DNA of 64,000 nucleotides from an uncultured virus (IMG/VR IMGVR_UViG_3300009080_001637). Its lineage: Duplodnaviria > Heunggongvirae > Uroviricota > Caudoviricetes. The stretch lies in IMG/VR virus record IMGVR_UViG_3300009080_001637; one strand, given 5' to 3'. The translations under genes and the position numbers were made by a program. Of this stretch, positions 45,489-57,300 are shown piece by piece. The notes under the pieces were generated by a model. The model saw only the letters and a list, made by a program, of their open reading frames with translations, searched no databases and had not been told where the DNA came from. Each line of letters begins with the position of its first letter. The first letter of the stretch is position 1.

Positions 45489-46856
45489 TTGCCTAAAGAT
45501 AATTTAGACGCAGCTATTAACGCTTATTCTTCAACAAAACATGGCGACGTGACTAATGTATCCCGAGACAAGTTTTCGACGATGGTCACCAAAGGTATCC
45601 TTGAAGACTATAAAGTGGATTCAAGGCTAGGTAAAGGCACCTTCACTGCCATAGTATTAAGAGTGGAACAGTTCTCGGAATCAGAAGGGGACCTTAATTA
45701 TCCATATGAGCCGGGCTCACTAGCTATGAAAAGATATAATGATGGCACATCTGAAGCCCCAAAGCTCTTGGCAGTTAAAGCAAGAATCCCTTTTTTACAT
45801 AACATGCTGCCAATCCCCGATTTGAGTTGGTCTGCTCTGGAAGGCGATTGCCCATCAAAAAGTCAAACAACTAGACATATAAAAAAATGTCATCACGCTA
45901 TAATCGATATGTATCCCACTTTTTACGCGGAAAAAGAGGATATGCAAATACCCACTATCGGTGAATACATCAGGGTAAAGTTTGGGGATGTCAGTAATAA
46001 TAGAGACCCCGTGCTTTTAGGTTCAGAATCTGGAAACTCGTTCACAGTTCTCCGTACTACCAGAACAGGAGTCTATGGAACTAGCGGTGCTACAACGGTG
46101 ACAAATTCATCCGGTCACACCGGAGGCGCGGCTTCGGTAAAACTAACTGATGAAGAAATAAGAGCCGCTGGAGAAAACTTTAAAGGGCCTTGGGGAAAGA
46201 TAATCACAACAAACCCCGATTATAGTTATCAGCTTACTGATGAGGATGTGCTTTGGGCGACAAAAATGGTTATTGGTGAGGGAGACCACAGGGAGGCAGT
46301 CTTGTGGTCTATGGCAAGCCTCTTGGTTTGGCACAATATTTATAAGAAAGCTCTAAAAAACTATTCTTACTATGGCCTTATTAACGAATACTCCCAACCA
46401 ATCGCTAAAAAATGGAGAAGAAATGGTGGACAGTGTAAGCGGTGTAAATTCATTCCGCCTGACGACGAGAAAAAAAAGAAACTCTGCAGCCCATGCACAA
46501 AGAGACGTTTAGATAGGAGAGATGTTCTAGCGGCACTGACGCTAGAAGAAATAGTAGACAAACATAGTAAAATGTTAGCACTTACAACTAAATGGGCTAA
46601 AGGTGAAGTTGCAAATCCATATCCCGCCTGCACGGATTTTGCGCAGGGCAGTGTCGCTCGTAAGGAGATACCTGTGAGCCTTGGAGGACGATGTACTAAA
46701 GGAGATAGGTGCGCGTTTGACCACGTTTCTTATGTGAACAAGGCTCACCCCAAGGGCCTTGATGTAGCAACTTGGTATGTGGGCAAGAAAGGCGCGTCAA
46801 CGTGGCCTAGTGATTTCGTAAAAGTTGTTCTTAAATCCCCCGAGAAGGGTAAATAA
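45489..46856 (+). CDS. gp5-like N-terminal domain plus putative SleB/Hydrolase_2-like cell-wall hydrolase
   Basis: Shared N-domain (AIVLRVE..VKARIP.LH..IIDMYPTFY); LTDEDVLWATKMVIGEG..AVLW resembles the SleB catalytic-Glu helix (tentative). Confidence 0.6.
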   Translation: MPKDNLDAAINAYSSTKHGDVTNVSRDKFSTMVTKGILEDYKVDSRLGKGTFTAIVLRVEQFSESEGDLNYPYEPGSLAMKRYNDGTSEAPKLLAVKARIPFLHNMLPIPDLSWSALEGDCPSKSQTTRHIKKCHHAIIDMYPTFYAEKEDMQIPTIGEYIRVKFGDVSNNRDPVLLGSESGNSFTVLRTTRTGVYGTSGATTVTNSSGHTGGAASVKLTDEEIRAAGENFKGPWGKIITTNPDYSYQLTDEDVLWATKMVIGEGDHREAVLWSMASLLVWHNIYKKALKNYSYYGLINEYSQPIAKKWRRNGGQCKRCKFIPPDDEKKKKLCSPCTKRRLDRRDVLAALTLEEIVDKHSKMLALTTKWAKGEVANPYPACTDFAQGSVARKEIPVSLGGRCTKGDRCAFDHVSYVNKAHPKGLDVATWYVGKKGASTWPSDFVKVVLKSPEKGK

Positions 46857-46860
46857 TCCT

Positions 46861-48825
46861 ATGTCAGATACATTCGATGTAATCATAAACGATAATGCCG
46901 CCTCGAAGAACGGGGAAAGAACTAATAGAACTAGAGATAGCTTCTCTAAACTTCTGAAGAAATCACTTCCATCTGAATTAAAGAAAGACGCATCAACTGG
47001 TAAAAAATATTTCATCGGCATTGTTCTCCGGGTTGAGTTGAGACTCGAAGAATCTCTACATGAAACATATGAGCCCGGAAGTTTTATGGCCAAAAAATAC
47101 TCAAACCAAACCCGAGCCCCTGCTATTGTAGCAATTAAAGCGCGAATCCCAGAGTTGCACAATATGTTGCCCATACCAAGTTCCATTGGCTCCATGCCCT
47201 GTAGTAGAGATCTGGATTCTGGCATGATTGACTGTCACCACCCTGTGATCGATTTATATCCAACTTTTTACGGTAGAAACGACAATGTCCCAGTCCCCAA
47301 GCCGGGAGATTTAGTAAGATTATTGTTCAAGAACTTCGAAACGATGACAGATCCAATTTATGTTGGCGTAGAGAAGAAGTCGGGCTTCCTGAGTATTGCG
47401 AACTATGGCGCGTTAAAACCCCCACCAGAGTATATTAATGGCCTTGGGTGTATTACTAAAAAGGTTGGGAAGATACACCCAGCAACATGCGGTGCTTATG
47501 ATCCGGTGCGACTAGTCGTGAAAAGCGACAATATAAAAGAAAAAATATTTGGTGCCCCGTGTGACAAAAACAATATAGGGTCTGTAAGTTGGATGGGAAA
47601 AACGATACCTTTTCACAAATCAGCGATCCCTGCCTTGAAAATGGTTGAGACAGATATTTCTAGGTGTAAAGAAGCATCAAGGTACAATTGGTGGAAGAAA
47701 AACGAAGATGGGACGAAACAGTTACCCGGAGGGGGAACTTATGCCTGTAGATGTATAAAACGCCCAAATGTTGATCCGGGTAAATTTCCCAATTGCACCG
47801 TAGGAGTAAGCGACCATTCTTGGGCGACTGCTATTGACATAAACCCGATTGAGAACCCTTACAAAGATGAGCTGACATATGACATACCTGAATGTGCGAT
47901 CGCCGCTTTCAAGAGATACGGCTTTTCTTGGGGCGGTGACTGGAAGGGTAAAAAAGATTCTATGCATTTTGAATTTCTTGGAGATCCAATCGAAGCGAAA
48001 GACTCGCTAAACGCTAAAAAATATTTTAACGAATATAACGGGGACCCGTATTGCAAAGGGAAACCCGGAGGAGTAGGGCCTTCTGGCCCCGTGGGGTGCC
48101 GACGAGGTGGGAAGAAATCTATAACTTTTGGTGAAGACACATTTAAACTAACAAAAAAATGTGCATATATGACTACTTTATATGAAAATTGGAAAATTAT
48201 AAGCCCGGTGTGGCCTCCGACCAGCGACGCACCCTTGAGTCTAAAAAAAGGGCGCAGCGGAAAAGTTTCGAAAAAAACAGTAACACCCGACAATGCTAAA
48301 GGTCTTTATCTTCGACCTCCGGCACTCAAATCTATCGGTATGAACTGTGAGGCTGCGACAGCAGGTCATATTGGCGCATCTAAAAGTTTGCAAGTTCAAA
48401 AAGGCTTTTGGGATGGCCCCCAAGGAGTAAAGGACAGGATTTTTCAACAGCATAATATTAAGAATGCTGCAGCCGAGCTAACAGTATCAGACCCAAGAGG
48501 AAACTGGCACCAAGTTATTAGAATCGGCAAGGGTGACGACTCGTTACAGTGGGTGATAGAGACCACAGTCCACTCACATCGCGGGGCCACGGGAGCAACT
48601 GGAAAATATTTAGCTGTCGAAGTATATTGGGATTATGATTATAATCAACCGGTGATCGAAAGATGGAAAAAGAAATACCAAGAAAAACTAAATAAAGGAG
48701 ACATCGCGTCATCAGAAGACGGATCTAGTGCGGATGCAACGTCTGTTAAAACAGAGGCTACGAAAACAGAGTCTAACTCTACACCCCATAACCCGCCCAC
48801 ATTAGATCGCTCTGTGGAGCCATAA
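46861..48825 (+). CDS. gp5-like N-terminal domain plus M15-family Zn peptidase
   Basis: Shared N-domain; SDHSWATAIDINP, FKRYGFSWGGDWKGKKDSMHFEF; start set at ATG 46861. Confidence 0.8.
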   Translation: MSDTFDVIINDNAASKNGERTNRTRDSFSKLLKKSLPSELKKDASTGKKYFIGIVLRVELRLEESLHETYEPGSFMAKKYSNQTRAPAIVAIKARIPELHNMLPIPSSIGSMPCSRDLDSGMIDCHHPVIDLYPTFYGRNDNVPVPKPGDLVRLLFKNFETMTDPIYVGVEKKSGFLSIANYGALKPPPEYINGLGCITKKVGKIHPATCGAYDPVRLVVKSDNIKEKIFGAPCDKNNIGSVSWMGKTIPFHKSAIPALKMVETDISRCKEASRYNWWKKNEDGTKQLPGGGTYACRCIKRPNVDPGKFPNCTVGVSDHSWATAIDINPIENPYKDELTYDIPECAIAAFKRYGFSWGGDWKGKKDSMHFEFLGDPIEAKDSLNAKKYFNEYNGDPYCKGKPGGVGPSGPVGCRRGGKKSITFGEDTFKLTKKCAYMTTLYENWKIISPVWPPTSDAPLSLKKGRSGKVSKKTVTPDNAKGLYLRPPALKSIGMNCEAATAGHIGASKSLQVQKGFWDGPQGVKDRIFQQHNIKNAAAELTVSDPRGNWHQVIRIGKGDDSLQWVIETTVHSHRGATGATGKYLAVEVYWDYDYNQPVIERWKKKYQEKLNKGDIASSEDGSSADATSVKTEATKTESNSTPHNPPTLDRSVEP

Positions 48826-48837
48826 GGGATATCAAAA

Positions 48838-50292
48838 ATGACAGGACCGCTAGACACCGCTATAAACCAACAGAAAGCAAAAAAGGGTGGCAAAAGAGTC
48901 AACTTAACGAGAGACTCTTTCTCAAAGCTTTTAAAGTCAAGGCAGGCTGGTCTCTATAGGCCAGACTCTTCTTTGAACAAAGAAGAGTATACGGGTATTG
49001 TATTGAGGGTTGAAAAGATACTAGAAAGTGATAAACTAAGGTTTGAGCCGGGCACACTTTTAGCGAAAAAATACTCAAGTTTTCCACTGTCTGAAGTTCC
49101 AGACTTAGTCGCGGTAAAGGTTAGAATACCCTCTATACATCATATGTTACCCTCGCCCCTATTCATAGGTAGTGAGGACTGCACCGCAGAAATACTTGGG
49201 CGTAGAAAAAATAAATGTTGGCACCCTATAATAGACCTGTACCCAACTTTTTATGCCGAAAAAGATAATATCCAAATTCCCTCTCCGGGTGAACTAGTTT
49301 CTGTAAAATTCGGAGATGTGGAGAATTTGGAAGAAGGTATCCTCCTTCAGTCTGAGACGGTCGGAGGGATTGTTATGAGTAGCAATATCGCATATACAGC
49401 CGGTTCAATGGTTGTGGCGGACCCCAATCTTGTCATTCCGTTCGGGATTCCAAGGGATAAAGAGGGGCAAGGAGAAGTGACTCCGATAACTAATTCGTTT
49501 AGTAAGTGGGAACAATCTAAAAACGGTATAAAGAGGGATATTAAAGAAATTAACCTGCTTGTTATTCATGAGACTGGTGGGCCCGGCCTAACACCAAATA
49601 GAGTGTTTAACACGATGAATAAGAAAGAGGGTGGTGTGCACCATATTGTCTCGTGGCAAGGTAAGATAGTAGATTATGCTTCGTGGGATTATAGAGTTGG
49701 ACACGCCGGGAGCGCCAACTCTTTTTCGATTGGATTTGAGGTCATTAGCCCATATAACACTAGATATCTTAAGGCGGGCCACGGAGACCCTCAAATAATC
49801 AGCGCACCGTGGATAGGGAGAAATCAAAAGTATGCTGTCCCACCACCAGAGAGTTTTGAGGCAACTTACCAGTTGGTAAACCGTGTAGTTGACAATACTA
49901 AAGTTCCTAGAGTTTATATTGGAAGACAGGGAGGGTTTTACAAAATAGGAAAAATCGGATTCGAAGGGATGAAAGGGGAAAGATATCCAGCGGGTATAAT
50001 CGCACACTGGGCAATTCCAGAGACTGGCCACGCGGATGGCTGCGCCCAAATGATATATTGTATAGTTAGGGACGAAGGTTTTTCAAAAAATGCCGCTTAT
50101 TATTATATGATGCAAGAATTGGACGGTGCAGTGTGGAACGCTAAGATTGATATAACAGGGGCAGGTCAAACAGGAAAAGTTTCTAGCCATGTTCCAACTC
50201 CAATAAAAGAGAAATTTCTAGCGGGCGCTGCAGAGCTTCAGATCAAAAGAGCAAAAGGCAGTGTAAAAGAATTAACAAGTAAGATTATATAA
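48838..50292 (+). CDS. gp5-like N-terminal domain plus Amidase_2 N-acetylmuramoyl-L-alanine amidase
   Basis: Shared N-domain; LLVIHETG, GVHHIV, HAGSANSFSIGFEV, IIAH. Confidence 0.8.
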   Translation: MTGPLDTAINQQKAKKGGKRVNLTRDSFSKLLKSRQAGLYRPDSSLNKEEYTGIVLRVEKILESDKLRFEPGTLLAKKYSSFPLSEVPDLVAVKVRIPSIHHMLPSPLFIGSEDCTAEILGRRKNKCWHPIIDLYPTFYAEKDNIQIPSPGELVSVKFGDVENLEEGILLQSETVGGIVMSSNIAYTAGSMVVADPNLVIPFGIPRDKEGQGEVTPITNSFSKWEQSKNGIKRDIKEINLLVIHETGGPGLTPNRVFNTMNKKEGGVHHIVSWQGKIVDYASWDYRVGHAGSANSFSIGFEVISPYNTRYLKAGHGDPQIISAPWIGRNQKYAVPPPESFEATYQLVNRVVDNTKVPRVYIGRQGGFYKIGKIGFEGMKGERYPAGIIAHWAIPETGHADGCAQMIYCIVRDEGFSKNAAYYYMMQELDGAVWNAKIDITGAGQTGKVSSHVPTPIKEKFLAGAAELQIKRAKGSVKELTSKII

Positions 50293-50338
50293 TAATATAT
50301 ATATATTCTACTTATTACAAAGACTAGGGAGGCACTTT

Positions 50339-51346
50339 GTGGCTATAGGAAGGTATGAGAAATGTTACGATCCCGGCGGGATCGATCCGAAATCAGTTAA
50401 GGCTGCGAATAATAGCAGAAGAAAGCAGGGGGTTGGGTGTACGTATATGCTGGAAAACGTACCAGAGTATATATCAGCACAAGCTGAACAAGTTCTGAAA
50501 TCCCCCAGAAAAACATCAAGAATTGTACTGGGGGTTGATCGCCCGGGCAATCGCCTAAGTGGGTTTGGAGGAAGAGGTTGTCAATCTTGTGGCATGATAG
50601 ATCTGGTGGCAGGCCCCCTTGGTGGAGCAGCGAGAGCAGTGCGAATAACTAAGGATGAAGAATCTTCTGAAACCGGAGCCAACGGCCCATTCAAGGTTGA
50701 GAGTCTAAACTCAGATCCGCACCCAAGCTTAGACGCTGCCAGAATAAAAGTCGTTCAGAAATCCAATATAGATAACGACTATAGTTTGGCTCTTGGTTGG
50801 GATAGCTACAAAGGGCAGGAATGGCTTGCGAGATCTTTTGTCCTAGCTAAGGCAGACGGGATCAGGATAGTGTCTAGAGACGCAGGTATCAAGTTGATAA
50901 CACACTCGGATGGTGTAAACTCGCATGGTCAATCTTTCTCTGGTGCCTCCGGTATCGATCTTATAGCAGGGAACAGAGACGAACAGGAAACAGTCTGGGA
51001 GGTCCAGCCGATGGTCAAGGGGACAAACCTAAGAAAGCTGTTGAAAGCAATGATGCAGAGCCAGAATTCAATATTAAATGTCCTTGATAATTTTTTACTG
51101 GCGCAGATGGCTTGGAATATATCAATGATGTCTCACACTCACGTAGTGACAACTCCGGGCACCCCTTCGTTCCCTTCTCACGACGCTCTAATCCCCAGCT
51201 TTAAAAATTTATCAGATAACGTGTCGAAAGTTTTATTGCCGTTGGTTCAGTCGCGCTTTGAAAATGCTCGACATATGTTTAGATATCTAACACCCACGGG
51301 AAAAAACCCTAATTATATTTTAAGTCAATTTAATCACGTCAATTAA
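50339..51346 (+). CDS. Putative baseplate spike (gp5 C-terminal-like) protein
   Basis: SRIVLGVDRP, DAARI, KADGIRIVSR..IKL beta repeats, PMVKG..L, HTH (HxH) metal motif; CTACTTAT at 50308. Confidence 0.6.
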   Translation: MAIGRYEKCYDPGGIDPKSVKAANNSRRKQGVGCTYMLENVPEYISAQAEQVLKSPRKTSRIVLGVDRPGNRLSGFGGRGCQSCGMIDLVAGPLGGAARAVRITKDEESSETGANGPFKVESLNSDPHPSLDAARIKVVQKSNIDNDYSLALGWDSYKGQEWLARSFVLAKADGIRIVSRDAGIKLITHSDGVNSHGQSFSGASGIDLIAGNRDEQETVWEVQPMVKGTNLRKLLKAMMQSQNSILNVLDNFLLAQMAWNISMMSHTHVVTTPGTPSFPSHDALIPSFKNLSDNVSKVLLPLVQSRFENARHMFRYLTPTGKNPNYILSQFNHVN

Positions 51347-51364
51347 CATTTAAAGGTAAACTTA

Positions 51365-54300
51365 ATGGCAAGTTCAATATCAGAAAGAAATTTAGAGATC
51401 TCAAAATTAAATTATAGTCTTTCCAAGGAAGATTGGGTCACATCGTTTGAAGCCCAGTCTTCAACGCCTTGGAGAGAAGTAGTTGAGGAAGGGACTCTCG
51501 AACACGCCACTCGTACATACGATAATTTATCTTTTAAGAATGCAACACATTTTGTTCACGTCCCTTATGATAGAAACGAGGAAGTAAATATAACAAATGG
51601 GGTCTTCTCGGAAGAAGATTTGCTATTCGAAAACCTCAATTCATGTGTGCCAGTATTTTCCAGACCGAGTACCAATGATAACAATTTTTTAGGCAAAATC
51701 AATTGTTTTCACACCATTGTTGGTAGGCTTGGAGGTCTCACGAGAAAAGTGGGATCTTTTGTCGTAGTGTTAGAGGAATCTATTGGGGGTGGGGAGTTTG
51801 ATAAAATAAAAGTGTTAAACCACGGAGGAGACCTTGACGGCACAGAATGTTTTATAAAAAGAAATTATATTCATAGACTTGCTTTTACAAAAAAGTCTCT
51901 ACCTGTCAATAATCTAACATGCAAAGTTATTTCCGATGTGGATGGTACTATTTGCGATGCAATAACTCCCCAGTGGGCGAACCTATCTACGCCGTATTAT
52001 TATGGCCCAAAGTGTGAGTATTGGGTTACAGTTAAGACTTCGTATGGAGATACGGGTGGTGTGTTACTTGAATCGAGAAAAAAAGAAGCAATTTCAGAAG
52101 CCATTGACAGAATATTAGAGTATTTTGATAAAATACGGGATGACGATACAAAGAGGATTTTAAAAGAAGAAAGCTATCTTTTTGCAGAGGCAGTAACTTG
52201 GCATCTAGATGAACCACCGGGCGGCAGATTAAAGATTTTGGTGTCTTTTCCTGTAAAATATATTGATGCAATACCAAGACAAACTAAAAATTTAAACGAC
52301 TATTTGGATGAAAAAATACCAAATTGGTACACTTCTATTTCATTTAAGACAAATGAAATGGCAAAAGACATGTCAGCGGTAGCAAATTTAATGACAGAAT
52401 TTGCCACAAACTCACAAGTCCAGAATCTTAATATTTCTGGTCCTATAGGATACGGCCAATTCCTTTTCAGGAAAGAGGCTGAACGATTTATGAGTTTTTT
52501 GCCGTTAATAATGAGCTTTGTCAAAACCAATGGTCTGGTCTTTAGAACTAATAATTCGGACAATATCGAAATAGGGTTTGATCGAGAATTTAGGATCCTA
52601 TATGTTCTTTATGATCGCGGACTTGGTAATACACCCCTTACTGTCGGAATTAATGAACTCATTAATTCCGAACCGTGTGTATTAAGAAGGACTATGGGAA
52701 TCTTGGCGGCAACTCATGATATAAAAAGGTTCATCTCTAGAGATAGAAATCGATTATCTTATAAGACATTCATTGATGAATATGTAATGCCTCTCCCTGA
52801 GATAGAAGAATTGACAAGTCAAGGTGGAAAAACTCCCCCATGCAGACCAGACCCTTTAAACCCTATGAAATGCTGTGAGTTTGATCTCCTAGAATCTACT
52901 GGGGTAGCAGATCACTTTGACAGTATAGGTAAGAACACTCTCAGTAGACTTAGGGCGAACAACTTCACGGACCCAAAAAAACTTGCAAAAGAGTTTTACA
53001 ATTATCAAAAGTCTCACATCTCTCCTATTTGTGGCGGCGATCGAGACGCGCTTGATTTGTTCAAATCTTCAAAGACTTCGTTAAAAGGCCTTTGGGAAGC
53101 GGCGAAGTGTGCCACCGGAGACCCCGACGGAAATGTCGATTATAATAAGGTGGCTGAGTGTTCAAATGTTGCATATGATGAAAAAGGGTCTCCTATAAAA
53201 ACTGATCGAGTGAAACTTTTTGAAGACCGAGATATCGAAAAGATATCGCCGGGCCTTTTCGGTTGCATTAAGACACAATATGACTTCATAGAAGATCCGT
53301 TCCTAAAGAGCCTTGTTGAAAGGTTATTGGGCAAGGGCCCTTCTGTCGCTGGAGGCGATAGTAAATACTTTTCAGCAGAAGAATATAATCCTCCAACACT
53401 GGAGGATGTCTCCGAATATATGTCAAACATCGATTTTTTTTCGATAGTAGAGAAAGCAGTAGATTGTGCTTGTAGCTTACTAGATAACATAGGGGATCGG
53501 GCCGTAGCTCAAGCAGGCGAGATTGACGAGATAATTTCACAAACGGTAGACCAGCAGGGTGAGGTGCCAACTACTAGTGATTGGTGGTTCTCGAAGAGAC
53601 CTAACATCAATCGCTTGAAAAAGGGGGAAAAACTACAATCAGACGCGCCTAGCTCACTTGTACGGGAATATATAAGAAAAAACGATGGGCAGGCAGCCAG
53701 AATACCAAGAAATTCTCTTTTAGGTAGCGTTGCTTTGTCGGACAGTAGGAATCAAACTTTATTTGGGGAAATTGACAACAGAGGAGAGCTTGTCCTATCG
53801 GTTGACACAGGTGGGCTTGGTTCAGGAAAGCCTTTGGCCCAACCACTTTTAGCAAATTCCGTCAATGCGGGAATGGATGTGGTTAGCGGCATCACCCCAC
53901 TAGACCTCACTAACCCAGTTCACGCTCAGTTTGCACATGCGCTCGTATGCCAAGATATATGCAACACCCTTCCAGTGCTTTGCTCTTGTATAGATTTAAC
54001 TCTGCCACCGATTGATTTACCAGAGTTTAGTTTTAGTGGGATATTTGGATATTTATTTGACCTTCTGATTGATATATTAGTTGATATGTTAATAAACATA
54101 TTATTAGGTATCATATATAAAATCATAGAAGACATGCTTCGGTGCGAATTTAAGGAAGCTGATCCCCAAGTTCAAGAAGATTTCAACAACGCGTTACAAG
54201 GCGCTGCGGGATTTCGAAATCTAATTGACGATAATTTTGCCGAGGATATAAATGACGAGATTAATACGAGTGGGCTTCAAGCAGATGTGCTAAAGCCATT

Positions 54301-57300
54301 TTTGGATGATGTACCGCTTGTTGTCTCCCCAACAGAATTCTGTATGCTTTTGAGGGGTGAGCCCCCAAATTATACCCTAAATACTCTCGAAGATCTAATG
54401 GACAGCCAACATCCGGGCCTTCGTGCGTACATTCGAGGTGAAGAGCAACTGAGAGAGCTTTTTATCGCGATAGGCCGGAGAATGGGAGACTTGTCCATCT
54501 GTAGTCGCCTAATAGATCTATCTCAGAACACAAGAAATACTACAATAGCAGACCATATTTGTGAGGACGTGAACCTTGACCAAGTTCGAGAAACGCTCCG
54601 CGCTGGGAATACAACACCAGAACAAGTCTCAGAATTGTTAAATAGAGTCAGGTTGTGTCGGCAACAAAGAACTCTTGCCATAGCCGATATGACTAGGGAA
54701 CTATCTGAGAACCCAACCGACTTTTTTGACAAATTAATCCCACCAGTTTATGGGGCTCCGGGCGAAGACAGTTTAGTCCCAAGAGACCCACCAGAGTTGC
54801 TGAACATTTTAGACAAGGTCGGTCACACATTCTTTGAACAGGTCAAGGTTAAGTTTGATCAAGACGCTTCCAGTTTCCCAAGTAATCTGATTGAATATAA
54901 ATATGATGGAATAACGATAGACTCGGACACTTCTACAATAATACAAACGACTCAAGATGTAATCAACAGTGGAGACACGCAGGCCTCAATGTTTAATTAC
55001 CTGAAGAATATAACCGGCGGGGATACTACTGATCCAGTCTTTCAGAATTCTTTTGGCAATTTTACTTCTATCGGGGCCCCTACTTCAAAAGAGGTTGGGT
55101 TTGGTTTACAGAGCGATTTGATGACTCAAGATAACTTCAAATTTAATATGTCTGAGATAAAAGATAAGACGGCGACAGCGTTTACTATGTACATGTCTCC
55201 GTTTAAGAGTTATGGTTATAAAAATGTTGTTCTAGACTTCAGAGAATCAGACAATCCAATCGATTACCTCCCCGGTGCTTGGGGGGTGCCCAACAACGAT
55301 GAAAACCTTATAACCGCGATGGGTATAGTTCCAGTCAACACTACTGTGAAATTAAATTACCGACTACCTTTATCTAGTTTTTGCCACGATTGGGACAGAG
55401 AGAGAGATTTCTATGAGGTTGAAATTTATAATAGAGAAACCACAACTAATTTAAGGGGCGAAGAATTTGTAAAATTTGATGGCCCTAGGATGATTTTGGT
55501 TGGAGAAAAAAGGATTGAAGATGAATATAGAAGCTCGATTGCGAATTTGGGGTATACAAACGCTCTTGGTAAAGCTTCTTTGCAACAAGAAATATTCGCG
55601 ACATGGACAACAAACATCTGGAATGAATACATGGGGTCTCTTGATGAACCAGATACAACTGAAATAAATATCAGCGACCCGGATGGCCCCCTCTTTAATC
55701 ATTACATGACTAACTCTTTCAATCTTATAACGGAAGAAATCCTTCAATCTATGGCGGAGACTACTGCCAATTCTAAACTATTTGATGTCGAAAATTTAGA
55801 AAAGCTTCAGCTCAAGGGAGATACTGCATGTTTCCCTCCGAGAGACAGCTTAATCGCTATAGACAAAATAATATCTAACTATAAATCAAATTATAGAAAT
55901 AACAAGGTTGTTAATCGCCATCAAGAGAGGTTTGGATTAGCGCTAATAGAAGCTACAATCTATACTGCAGTGCGGACTTATGTGCTTGAATTTGTTTTGG
56001 GCGGCATTTTTGCCTTTTCTAGGTTCAACGTTAATGACATCATTGATGATACATTTATAAGACTTTGCGTTAACCACATTAGAGACTCTCTCTTAAGAGA
56101 AGGCCCGTTCCCACTTGATGGTAAAATTCTAGGTTATGAAGAACTTAGACTATTTTTAAGGGAGTCTGGTATAGCGACGACAGAAATTATTGATGATTTG
56201 AAAACATGGAAAGATTCTTACTATGAAGAATTTATAAGGTGGGTTCAGATAGTCATGATGGAAAGAATAGGGTCCGGCGAGTCCTTCTTTAACCCTTTTA
56301 CTAGAAAAGAAATTGCTGTAACCTTTAGCGCAATAGCAAAACAAGATAGAATCTCTGTCGGATTCGATAATTTAATACTACCAATAAGTGACTATTATTT
56401 AGCTTTACAAGACTGGTTGAATACGTGGAACGAATATAGTATAGTCCTAGCTCAAAACGAAAATGATCCCAATTTTTTCGACTCACCTGAGCGACGAAGA
56501 GAATATTCTCTATTTGGAAAAGAGATGGCTCTCTATGGCTACGAACGAGAAATTGGTGTCTTGGATCACTGGTGGTCGTTTTCTCATAATTCACCTAACG
56601 ATAATGTTTACGATTGGTCTATTCTGGAACAATCAATCCAACAAGATCACGAGAACCCTAGTGAAGGGGGCTTACTAGACCTTGCTCTTGTTAGGATTGA
56701 AAGGCAAAATATTTATGAAATTTTGACATTTTTTATAAAGTTTGTGTCGGGACTACCAAACAATACGATAAATCTCTTTAATAATTTGTCTGATTCTAAC
56801 TTAGATTGGCGAGACCAGATGAACATGAACTACCCCGACTCAACTAGTCGTTCTAAGAACTACCATCAAATTGTTAGATACTTAGGCCGTATAATTCCAT
56901 CAAGCTTTAAATTAATATTGAGGTTTGTGAATGAAGTAACTAGAACCTCAAATTGCGAGTGTATACCAATAAGATCAGAAGAAGCTTATGAGGGCCAAAT
57001 TTCAGATGGGTCTGCAACACTTGATGGTAAGACAAAAGTTGGTTACTTGGAATATCTAGTCTTGGAGCAGCTTTACTCGGTTAAGGACGATATTGAATCT
57101 TATTTGGGAACAGAAATAGAAGATATTAATAGTCTGATGCTCGGATCGTATGATCCAAATTTTTCAAGTTATAATGAGCTTGCGGAGGATATTAAACAGA
57201 AATACTTTATAAAAGAGGTTACAGACGTACCGTCTTATTCTCAAAATGGAGATGTTGGTAGAATCCCTAGTGAAGTTTTAAACGGAACCTCACTTCCGTT

